Shown: in pieces, positions 1 through 8,469 of the stretch
Layout of the letters: each line of letters opens with the position of its first letter
How positions within the stretch are numbered: the first letter of the stretch is position 1
Virus record (IMG/VR): IMGVR_UViG_3300036966_000119
Coordinates: 64,001-128,000 of that record
DNA: 64,000 nucleotides
Source: a virus
Lineage: Duplodnaviria; Caudoviricetes
Direction: 5' to 3' (one strand)
Program-made: the position numbers and the translations under genes
Notes under the pieces: model-generated
Told to the model about the DNA's origin: nothing
Database searches by the model: none
What the model saw: only the letters and a program-made list of their open reading frames with translations

Positions 1-935
1 ACGAGGAATCCGATTGGTGAACGAGGATCCTTCATGATGAAATGCATTGCATCATGTGTATCCTTGAAGTCAGGTGTAACATCCTGAAGAGCTATGTCTC
101 TCATATTACAATTGAAAGGCAATCTGTTACGAACCATGTATGTTGTCGTATTTACGAGACAGCATTCAGTAACAAGATCTTCTGAGTTTTCATCCTTCTT
201 CTTAACGGTGTAATCAACTGATGGCTTTATGTAACCAATCAGCTGAAGAGCAGCAATTGTATTGAGTGTACATACAAACAGAAGGAATTCCTCGAGGAAT
301 GTTCCAAATGTAAGTCTGTAGGAACTATTCTCGATTATCATGGTTCTGCTCTTCTGGAGGACATCAGGAAGAGCCTTAACGATTTTCTTCATGTTTGCTG
401 CAAAATGTATATCATTCAGCTTCTTGATATCATCCTTTGCATACTCGATTCTCTTAACCATCTCTCCGTGTGAGTAGAGAGCAACTTCTCCGATATCATT
501 TTCACAAATATGTGCAAGATCCTGGAGAGTGCATTCCTTTGGGTTTACGTAATTATGTGCATCATCCAATACAGCAGAGGTTTCAAATGCAGGGCACTTA
601 TTATCCTCAATGAAACGCTTTACTGATGCAACTGTAAACAATTCAACATCAGCAATTCTGTCATGGAAGATTCCTTTCTCAAGTCCTTTAATAAGATTTG
701 ATACGTATGTTGACACATCATTCGGAGTAACGTATCTAAGCTTATAAGTACAGCTACAAACACCGTACTCGGATTTGAGAGCTTTACCAGTTGCAGCCTT
801 ATTAAGAGCTGTCAATGAATCCGCATATACGTCGATCAGTGCATCAAATGATTTATTGAAAGAATCACTGAAAGAAAACTTCTTTGATGATCCAGACGGC
901 GAATCCACTACTACAAGAGCTTTTTTAGTAGCCAT
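1..935 (-). CDS. Partial (runs off window start) hypothetical, probably virion/head protein (MATKKALVVVDSPSGSSKKF...)
   Basis: ATG at 935 after AAAAGGAG RBS. The portions I translated near the start codon and near position 1 are open. Not in the ORF track because its stop lies outside the window. Confidence 0.7.
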   Translation of the reverse strand, partial: MATKKALVVVDSPSGSSKKFSFSDSFNKSFDALIDVYADSLTALNKAATGKALKSEYGVCSCTYKLRYVTPNDVSTYVSNLIKGLEKGIFHDRIADVELFTVASVKRFIEDNKCPAFETSAVLDDAHNYVNPKECTLQDLAHICENDIGEVALYSHGEMVKRIEYAKDDIKKLNDIHFAANMKKIVKALPDVLQKSRTMIIENSSYRLTFGTFLEEFLLFVCTLNTIAALQLIGYIKPSVDYTVKKKDENSEDLVTECCLVNTTTYMVRNRLPFNCNMRDIALQDVTPDFKDTHDAMHFIMKDPRSPIGFL

Positions 936-986
936 GTCAAATCTCCTTTTCATTAAAATATTTTAACCCCTTTATTCTCAGGGAAT

Positions 987-998
987 TATCATTCCGTT
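987..998 (-). promoter_or_regulatory. Candidate late promoter AACG-N6-TA
   Basis: AACGGAATGATA on the minus strand ~50 nt upstream of the 935 start; the same pattern precedes other structural operons. Confidence 0.35.
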
Positions 999-1024
999 TA
1001 CGAACATTTTATATATTGCGATAA

Positions 1025-1132
1025 TTTTCTATGCTACCGGATTTAATGATATATAATTCCTATTATTTCACTTTTTCACATATATATTATTAATGTGAGA
1101 AAAGAAAGAATAGGTCTTTCAAATCTCTTTCC
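1025..1132 (+). promoter_or_regulatory. Repeated AT-rich (putative early) promoter plus 5' leader hairpin, copy A
   Basis: TTTTCTATGCTACCG...AATTCCTATTATTTCA-N8-CATATATATTATTAATGTGA, then GAAAGA-ATAGG-TCTTTC stem; near-identical to 32248-32358. Confidence 0.65.
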
Positions 1133-1153
1133 AAATTTAAAGGAGGAATTAGT

Positions 1154-1348
1154 ATGACAAATAAGAAATTAACTAAGAAGGTTGTAAGATGGGAGAAGAA
1201 GCACCCTAACCTCACAGCTGCATGCGTTTATGTAACAGCCGGATCTTTTGTTCTCAGAGTAGTTAGCTCAATCATAGGTGGCGCGGTAGCGGCTAAGACG
1301 ATAAAGGAAGTTCGCAATGGTGTTAACGAGTCATTGATGACCTCGTAA
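1154..1348 (+). CDS. Small basic/hydrophobic membrane peptide (EKKHP family), 64 aa
   Basis: AAGGAGG RBS; KKLTKKVVRWEKKHP followed by a hydrophobic segment; paralog at 32410-32652. Confidence 0.75.
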   Translation: MTNKKLTKKVVRWEKKHPNLTAACVYVTAGSFVLRVVSSIIGGAVAAKTIKEVRNGVNESLMTS

Positions 1349-1400
1349 ATGACGACGAAGATGTCGTTGACGTAAAAGTCGAGGAGAATTAAATAAAGAG

Positions 1401-1435
1401 AAATAACCCGCATAAGCGGGTTATTTTTTTTTTTT
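1401..1435 (+). terminator. Intrinsic terminator
   Basis: AAATAACCCGC-ATAA-GCGGGTTATTT followed by a long T tract. Confidence 0.85.
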
Positions 1436-1451
1436 GATTTTTCCATACTGG

Positions 1452-1463
1452 AACCGAAATCTA
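1452..1463 (+). promoter_or_regulatory. Candidate late promoter AACC-N6-TA
   Basis: AACCGAAATCTA between the terminator and the first gene of the head operon. Confidence 0.35.
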
Positions 1464-1498
1464 AAATACTTATAATAAGTATAATATAAAAGAAAGGA

Positions 1499-2251
1499 GT
1501 GTTGGTATTGAGAAATACACGTTGTCCTTTTTGTCCGAAGATATTTAATGACAAACATAGATTCTGTAGACACATACAACGAATGCACAATGATCAGGTA
1601 CCAGATGATTGTGAAGCATTAGAGTGGGCCTACTCATTACTCGTTGGAAAACCGACAGGTCGTTTATGTGTTCAATGTCATAAGAATCCGGTTCATTTCA
1701 ATAAAGAGACTCTCAAATATGAACGTTATTGTTCTGATGCTTGTAAGACAGCATATGCAAATGATTTCCATAATAAAAGAATGGTTGATAAGTATGGAGT
1801 ACCTCATTTGTTAAATAATGCGGATATGCAACGTAAGATGATTTTTAACCATGCTCAAGCAAGAGATTTTGTTTGGGATGATAAACATACATTCAGAATC
1901 ATTGGTTCATATGAAGAAGATTTCTTGAATCATTTAAAATCATTGGACTGGTCCCCAAATGATGTCATATGCCCATCACCAAATAATTATTGGTACAAAT
2001 GGAAGGATGGATCAACCCATCTCTATATACCAGACTTCTACATTCCATCTTTGTCATTGGAAGTAGAAATCAAAGAATCTGACAATACACATCCTCGAAT
2101 GGAACATTCTCGTGAAATCGAATATTTAAAGGATGCTCGTCTTAAGTACGAAACTCAGAAGACAGGTATTCATTATATAAAAATAGTCGATAAGAATTAT
2201 GAGGAATTCGATCGAGTATATGTTATGTCCGATAATAATAAACCTGAATAA
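1499..2251 (+). CDS. Zinc-finger plus PD-(D/E)XK (TnsA-like) endonuclease
   Basis: C2H2 motif CPFC..H..H, CVQC..YCSDAC, KYGV, and nuclease motif YIPDFY..EVEIK. Confidence 0.7.
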   Translation: MLVLRNTRCPFCPKIFNDKHRFCRHIQRMHNDQVPDDCEALEWAYSLLVGKPTGRLCVQCHKNPVHFNKETLKYERYCSDACKTAYANDFHNKRMVDKYGVPHLLNNADMQRKMIFNHAQARDFVWDDKHTFRIIGSYEEDFLNHLKSLDWSPNDVICPSPNNYWYKWKDGSTHLYIPDFYIPSLSLEVEIKESDNTHPRMEHSREIEYLKDARLKYETQKTGIHYIKIVDKNYEEFDRVYVMSDNNKPE

Positions 2252-2266
2252 AGGAGGTGTTTTATT

Positions 2267-3874
2267 TTGGATCTTACATTTATAAATGAATATGTTACTG
2301 AGTCAAATGAACTGGTATCGGATTCAATTGACATGATGTACGTTAAACAACAAGCAATCATGGAATTATCCGACGAACTTGATTTGTTGTCAAGGTATGA
2401 ATGTTTTCAGGAAGGTTATTCAAATCCTGCTTCTTCTCCGGAGCTTGATGTGTTTAAATTCGACAATAAGCATATCTTGAAAGCCATCAAATATTTCAAT
2501 AAAGCTTATGCAGAAATACCTTTCGACACAACAAACTTCGATGAAGTTAAAGCAAAACAAGAACGTGGCGAATTGAGTATCAAGGGTACGTTTGCTCCAG
2601 AAATAGAATACTCTCCTCAATTAATTCATCAGATAGAAACGATGTTCCGTAACCCAAATGGATATTTGGAGAAAGGTTTCCAGGAATTACAACAACAATT
2701 CGATTGTAAGTTTTCTATTTATATAAGTCAGAAGACAGGTACTGGAACAATCATTTCTAACTTTCCTACAAACCCGGGAAATCTAACGGTGTCTCGTTCT
2801 AAAGGATTCCAGCTTGGTGGTTTATCAATTACGATAAATCTCAACACGAAACAATTGTTGACAATGGTTCCTGCAAACAAAAAATTGTTTGGTCAATCAT
2901 TGACAGCTGTTTTGTTACATGAGATTTATCATAACATCGTACATATGATCGGCATTCGTAATAAAAAGCTTCATGATGAAATCAATACGACTGTTGCTAA
3001 TATGAAGAATGCTATTTCATTTGATTCAATAAAAGCACATGTATCTGCATTCATAAACAAATTCAAATCGTCATTTAATATAAATGATGCTGAGATGGAT
3101 GAAGAACGTGTTGCTCGAAGAATGTATGTATTATCTCAGATTCAAGATAACCCTGGTGCTGTAAAGAAGTTTGAAAACGATATAAAGAATAACGTTGATC
3201 AAACAAATACTGATGAAGAGATCGATAGATATATCAAAGGAATGAAACTTGTCAAGGATATGGTTATTATCAAAAGAGGAATGCGTGTTGTATCTGCAGC
3301 ATGTTGTATTCTTCTTGCTGGTCTGGGATTTGCATTTGGATCAACGGCTGCCATGGTTGGTGGTGTAGTTGGTATCGCAATCATGTCGTTATCGATGTTG
3401 AAGAAAAAGGTTCTTTCTTTGTTCGGTGTTTCTGTTCGTATTCAAGAAGAATACTTCTGTGATTTGTTCGCAAGTATGTACAAGCTACCAGTACATCTTT
3501 CATCATTCAATCGTCAGATAAAACTGAATCAGAAGAATGCAGAAAAGATGAGTGAAGTGAGACGCCTCGATCAAAAGATAAACAAGGGTCTCAAAGATCC
3601 ACATCCTTTGGATTTTGATCGTGAACTCACATCATACAAGGTAGCAAAACAAATTCTCAATTCAGGACAAAAACTCAAGAAAGCAGAAAGAGAATATCTA
3701 CAATACATTGTCAATCTGCATGAAGGTATTGAAGATATTAACAATCCTTATTCAAAGACTCAGTCAAAGAAACTTGATCCAGAAGCTGCACGTGATTTAC
3801 AACAGACACTCCGTGATTTTGTAAATAAGACCGGTGTAGCTGTTACGGAAAGTGGTGATGGATATGGCTCTTGA
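2267..3874 (+). CDS. Putative virion zincin metallopeptidase (M48-like motif spacing)
   Basis: LLHEIYH, EEYFCD, DPHP; hydrophobic hairpin VVSAACC..SLSML; N-terminal VTES/FQEG sites; GGAGGTG RBS with TTG start. Confidence 0.6.
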   Translation: MDLTFINEYVTESNELVSDSIDMMYVKQQAIMELSDELDLLSRYECFQEGYSNPASSPELDVFKFDNKHILKAIKYFNKAYAEIPFDTTNFDEVKAKQERGELSIKGTFAPEIEYSPQLIHQIETMFRNPNGYLEKGFQELQQQFDCKFSIYISQKTGTGTIISNFPTNPGNLTVSRSKGFQLGGLSITINLNTKQLLTMVPANKKLFGQSLTAVLLHEIYHNIVHMIGIRNKKLHDEINTTVANMKNAISFDSIKAHVSAFINKFKSSFNINDAEMDEERVARRMYVLSQIQDNPGAVKKFENDIKNNVDQTNTDEEIDRYIKGMKLVKDMVIIKRGMRVVSAACCILLAGLGFAFGSTAAMVGGVVGIAIMSLSMLKKKVLSLFGVSVRIQEEYFCDLFASMYKLPVHLSSFNRQIKLNQKNAEKMSEVRRLDQKINKGLKDPHPLDFDRELTSYKVAKQILNSGQKLKKAEREYLQYIVNLHEGIEDINNPYSKTQSKKLDPEAARDLQQTLRDFVNKTGVAVTESGDGYGS

Positions 3875-4343
3875 TACAAAAGGTATTACACTGGATGAGA
3901 TAAGAGGTAAATTCCCTCCATCATTCCAGACATTAAACTACGATGTCGTACTTGATTCAGATTCAATGTACAAACCAAGAGTTCTCTCTACGTTTGAATT
4001 GGGTGTGAACTCAATCTTGACATTGTTATTTATGAAACCAGGTCAGTATCCATCCATTCCTGATCTCGGTATAGACATAGAGTCTTATCTGTATGAATAT
4101 TCCGATGATCCAAAAATACCTGGTGAGATACGTAATAAGTTAATTGATCAATGTAACATCATCGATGTCATTGGTATCGACATTGATATTCGTTTTGATA
4201 AAACCGCAGAAGGATATGATGCATTGATAGTTGAATTAACTGGTACGGAGAGACTGGGTTATGGTAATGACTCGTCTCATATTATAATTGGTATATCGTA
4301 TGATAAACTCAATCGTTTATACGTACGAAAAGTTTCAATATAA
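3864..4343 (+). CDS. Baseplate wedge protein, T4 gp25/GPW-like
   Basis: ILTLLFMKPGQYPSIPDLGIDIESYLYE matches the gp25 signature; ~160 aa. Confidence 0.7.
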   Translation: MALDTKGITLDEIRGKFPPSFQTLNYDVVLDSDSMYKPRVLSTFELGVNSILTLLFMKPGQYPSIPDLGIDIESYLYEYSDDPKIPGEIRNKLIDQCNIIDVIGIDIDIRFDKTAEGYDALIVELTGTERLGYGNDSSHIIIGISYDKLNRLYVRKVSI

Positions 4344-4359
4344 AGGTAGGTGAAATGGA

Positions 4360-5106
4360 ATGGCTACTGTACCAGAAAAACGAAAACGTATTGAAGAAAC
4401 AATCTACAAGACACTTCTTCTTATGGATCCTACCGGTATAAATGCAAACAAATATCGGAAGATGTTTCAAACAATGAATGATCTCAAATTCTCACAATGG
4501 ATAGATGCTTTTCTTAATGATGAGAAAAGTAACTTCCGTCTTGACATAGAAGAATTTGGCGATGGTTCAAGAACACTTAAATTCGAAAATGTTGAGAAAG
4601 CTGCAGACTTCCTCAAGATAAAACTTTTCGAGTATGTATATCTTCCACATGTGTCTTCAAATCCGAACCGACCCATAAGGACCAAACAGCCGGTTTTGGT
4701 AGGATGGCTTAATATTAAACGAACTCAACAGCTCGCTTCAAAGAAAACAGGTCTGGCTTTAAGCGATGATAATCGTGACGATATGACAGGTGCTGCTAAG
4801 GGTGAATCCAAAGGTGGTACAACAACAGGTATCGAAAACGAAGTTCTTGCTGGTGTTGGTGGAGATATTATTCTATCTGAGATATCCGGTGCTCGTGGCG
4901 ATAATGTGAAAGAATATGATAATATGCTTTCAGCCATCGCGGAGAATGGTTCTGTTAAATTGTCTGATATAAAGACAAATACATACGATAAACCTACATT
5001 ACTCGCTGCTAATATGTATTTCATGGCTATGGGCATTAAAACAGATCTCATATCTGAATCGTATTACAGTGTCGAAAAGGTTAAGCGTATCGTCGATGGA
5101 ACCTAA
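4360..5106 (+). CDS. Multisubunit RNA polymerase beta-subunit C-terminal fragment (probably virion RNAP)
   Basis: PVLVGWLNIKRTQQLASKK..RDDMTGAAKGESKGGTTTGIENEVL..LSEISGARGD parallels RpoB PVTVGYMYxLKLxH..DK..GGQRFGEME..LQE..KSDD. Confidence 0.7.
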   Translation: MATVPEKRKRIEETIYKTLLLMDPTGINANKYRKMFQTMNDLKFSQWIDAFLNDEKSNFRLDIEEFGDGSRTLKFENVEKAADFLKIKLFEYVYLPHVSSNPNRPIRTKQPVLVGWLNIKRTQQLASKKTGLALSDDNRDDMTGAAKGESKGGTTTGIENEVLAGVGGDIILSEISGARGDNVKEYDNMLSAIAENGSVKLSDIKTNTYDKPTLLAANMYFMAMGIKTDLISESYYSVEKVKRIVDGT

Positions 5107-5139
5107 CCCAAATAATTAACGAAAAGGAGAATTAAAATT

Positions 5140-5676
5140 ATGAAGGTAAATATTACTGGTAAGGGTGTTATACCGGGAATCAATGTATTAGCTCCTGTGT
5201 ATAACAAAGACCTTGATAAGGCACAGATTATGAGAATTCTTAATTTCAGGGAATTCAGAGTATTCGGTGTTGGTGTTGGTCTTATAACACGCGCAAACAT
5301 CGATGCTGCTTTTGATGCATCTGTTGACAATGTTAAGAAGGCTGCAGAAGCAAAGAAGAATACAACAGAGACGAAGACAACCAAGAAGACAAAGAAGGCT
5401 ACAGAAGCAAAGCCTGTTGTCGAGGAACCCAAGGTTGAGGAACCGGTTGTTGAATCAATTCCTGTTGATGTTGTTGTAACTGAAACAGATTTCTCACCAG
5501 CTCCAGAGATACCTGAGGAAGAGCCAAATGTTGAAGTTCCTGTTGCAGAGGAAGAAGTCACTGAAACAGAAGAAGTACCTGAAGAGCTTCCTGAGATTAC
5601 TGAGGAAGAAGTTTCAGAGGAGAAGACAAACGACTTCAAATCTTCTAAGAAGAACAAGAAGAAGAACCGTAACTGA
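5140..5676 (+). CDS. Hypothetical protein with small N-terminal domain and Glu/Pro-rich tail
   Basis: AAAGGAG RBS; low-complexity EEP-rich C-terminus. Confidence 0.75.
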   Translation: MKVNITGKGVIPGINVLAPVYNKDLDKAQIMRILNFREFRVFGVGVGLITRANIDAAFDASVDNVKKAAEAKKNTTETKTTKKTKKATEAKPVVEEPKVEEPVVESIPVDVVVTETDFSPAPEIPEEEPNVEVPVAEEEVTETEEVPEELPEITEEEVSEEKTNDFKSSKKNKKKNRN

Positions 5677-5690
5677 TAGGAGGGATATTC

Positions 5691-6884
5691 ATGTTTTTCC
5701 TCCAGGAATCTTTTACCGAGGAGGAAGCAATGGTTTTTGTGGAAGCTGCATTGCATGAACCCGAAAACACTCCTCTCCGTACAACGATAATTGATCCAAT
5801 TATCGCAGTTCTTGAACACCCCAAAAGCAGAAAGGAATATATCAAGTATGGTAATGATTTTCTTGAGGCTAATTCCGAGATGTTGTCAAAAGAATTTCCT
5901 ACCAAACCTGTGTCATTCCCTCGTGCTTATGTTGATAATGTTTTTGCCATGTTCGGTTTCGAACAGAAAGCATTCAAAGAGAATCTCAAACAGATTCTCA
6001 AGTCTGTTAATGACAAAACATCATTCCAAACGATTGTTGCTAACCCAACAAATGTTATCCATTCAATCGTTTTAACATATGCTGATATGATTCAGCATCG
6101 CGAACTGAGAGATTCAGCCAGACAGCAAATGGGTCTTTCAGTGTACAACAATGTCTTCAATCATTTTTTCCATCCACCACATCCAATTGAATCTACCATG
6201 GCTTATGTTTATCTTAACCTTGATAATTCATGGAACCTGGTAAAATCTGAAAATGTTATAAACTGGATAGGCGGTACAATAGAAACAGCTTATGGTTTCT
6301 GGCGTACCAAAATGGATCTCAATATGTCGGCAACGGTTCTCGTCCAGTTCTTGAACCGTGTCAGAACGTCATTCCAACAGAACCTACGCTTGCTGGCGAA
6401 TCAGTATTATGATAACATGGATAAGGGTAACTTGATTGGTGATGACGTTAATTCATCAGATGAGTATCTTGAAACGAATAACACTATTAAGATTCGACAG
6501 AATCTCATAAGGAGAATCAATAGTGGAGACCAGTTGTACAAAGATAAGGGTAATCTGTATATCGGCATTGCACGTCTGAAGAACGTTAAGGTTGATTCGT
6601 TGTACAATTTTGCACAGCAAATTCAATCTGATGATATCGGTGTTATAATTGACACGATATTCTACGTATTCATTGTCAAGGAGAATAATACAATAGAAGA
6701 TGTGAATTCATCTAAGTTCATATCGAGAATTACAAATCTCCCAACGGCAATTGATCGTGCGATTGCCGGTAAACCGATTATCTCTACACTGTCTACCAAA
6801 TACAAGGTCGATCAGAGTATCGTTAAAGCATACATATGTCTGATCGCAACATATATCATGTATCGTATCAACGATGTTAAATAA
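5691..6884 (+). CDS. Putative virion structural protein
   Basis: 397-aa ORF in the head operon; GGAGG RBS; N-terminal FLQES motif. Confidence 0.65.
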   Translation: MFFLQESFTEEEAMVFVEAALHEPENTPLRTTIIDPIIAVLEHPKSRKEYIKYGNDFLEANSEMLSKEFPTKPVSFPRAYVDNVFAMFGFEQKAFKENLKQILKSVNDKTSFQTIVANPTNVIHSIVLTYADMIQHRELRDSARQQMGLSVYNNVFNHFFHPPHPIESTMAYVYLNLDNSWNLVKSENVINWIGGTIETAYGFWRTKMDLNMSATVLVQFLNRVRTSFQQNLRLLANQYYDNMDKGNLIGDDVNSSDEYLETNNTIKIRQNLIRRINSGDQLYKDKGNLYIGIARLKNVKVDSLYNFAQQIQSDDIGVIIDTIFYVFIVKENNTIEDVNSSKFISRITNLPTAIDRAIAGKPIISTLSTKYKVDQSIVKAYICLIATYIMYRINDVK

Positions 6885-6910
6885 AATCGGAAGAAGGTGC
6901 GGTTATACGA

Positions 6911-8422
6911 ATGAATATTTCACAGTTAGATGAGGTTATTCTTGAATCAGAATATGAAGTCTTGAATAATTTATTGGATGCCTATGATAAGGCATACACC
7001 ATTATTGAAAATTATCAGGGTGACGATCTCAACGCATTTTCAATATTCCAAGAATCATCAATAGTTCAAGAAGCATCTTGGAAAGAGACAGAAAAACAGA
7101 AACTCGATAAGCCAGAATTTAAATTCCGTCAAAATAATGAAAAGACTGGAAAAAAGGAAAATATCCTCAAGAGTTTTATGAAGTTGATTCCAAGATTAAT
7201 TGAGCATGTCCAGGATCTTCATAGAAGAAAAATGGAGATGAAGAAACTTAAGCTTGTAACAGAACAAGCTAAGAAAATTGGTGTAGATGTTTCGAAAATG
7301 TCGCCAGGTGAAACTGAGTTATTTTATACCCTTATAAATCAGAATGTCCCAGCATCCGAGTTAAAGGAGATTCTCAGAAAAGAAAACTTTAAACACGATG
7401 TCCGAATGTGGCTTACCAAACAAGGTCTCAAAGTTGGTGGTGGTGCGATTGTTATTGGTGGAACAGCGTATGCCCTCAACAATAAAAAAGAACTTATCGA
7501 ATCAAAGATCTCTGACTTTAAAGGAGAGATAATGAAAAAGTTTGATGAGACAGTTCTTAGTGAGATAAGAGAGGCTGGTTCTAAAGCAGCTGATACTATA
7601 TCAAAGGCAGCCGATAAAGCTGCCGAAAAGATAGCCGATGCGGCAAAACGTGTTCAAGAAGTAATGAGAAAAGCTATTGAATTCATAAAGAAATTATATG
7701 ATGGAATTCGTAAGTTTTTCAATATTAACTTATTGAAATATGACCAAGTAACAGATGATGGAATATTATGTAAGATCGATGTCAAAGCAGGTACATTGTA
7801 TGTCACAATAGATCTCGATATGTGGAGTAGTTGGATTGATTTTGCACGAGATTTCATTGTTCAAGCAGCTGCTCTTATTGGACGCAAATTCACTGATGGA
7901 AAATTGGAGAAGAATACCAATGCAGAAGGAAGAGCAGTTAGATCTGGTGCAATATATGATTTCCAAAAAGAACATGATAAATCAAATGTTGTTACTAAAT
8001 ATACAATACATCCCGACGCCGAATCAGCAATAAACAAGTTTACTGATAATATGAGAAAACTGGCTGATGACAAAACCAAGAAGAAAAACGCGTATTCACC
8101 AATTTCTTCATTCTCTGAGAAAGCTGAAGCTCTCTCTGAGAAATTGACGAAAATGTGTCAAGCAGCAAAATCTTTGTCGGCTGTATATGAATCCAGGTTA
8201 AAGGACGATACCCGTGATGATAGATGGGTCGATACGGAGAAGCTTGTATCTGAAAAAATAAGAGGTATTTTAGACACCCAGGTTACACTCACAAATGGCA
8301 TATCTGCAGTTAACGAATACATTACAACGGTCGCAGAAATGTCTGATAGTTTGAGTATTGTTGCATCTGGTAGTGAACCTCCTTCAGACACAAGTATCAC
8401 TGACAAAAAAGAAGACGAATAA
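6911..8422 (+). CDS. Inner-head/ejection protein family, paralog 1
   Basis: Propeptide ESEYEVL..YDKA..IFQES/IVQEA then KKENILK..IPRL, shared with the next two genes. Confidence 0.65.
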   Translation: MNISQLDEVILESEYEVLNNLLDAYDKAYTIIENYQGDDLNAFSIFQESSIVQEASWKETEKQKLDKPEFKFRQNNEKTGKKENILKSFMKLIPRLIEHVQDLHRRKMEMKKLKLVTEQAKKIGVDVSKMSPGETELFYTLINQNVPASELKEILRKENFKHDVRMWLTKQGLKVGGGAIVIGGTAYALNNKKELIESKISDFKGEIMKKFDETVLSEIREAGSKAADTISKAADKAAEKIADAAKRVQEVMRKAIEFIKKLYDGIRKFFNINLLKYDQVTDDGILCKIDVKAGTLYVTIDLDMWSSWIDFARDFIVQAAALIGRKFTDGKLEKNTNAEGRAVRSGAIYDFQKEHDKSNVVTKYTIHPDAESAINKFTDNMRKLADDKTKKKNAYSPISSFSEKAEALSEKLTKMCQAAKSLSAVYESRLKDDTRDDRWVDTEKLVSEKIRGILDTQVTLTNGISAVNEYITTVAEMSDSLSIVASGSEPPSDTSITDKKEDE

Positions 8423-8469
8423 ATAAACATCCGTTTTGTTTATTTATATATGAAAGGAAAGTGAATCTA

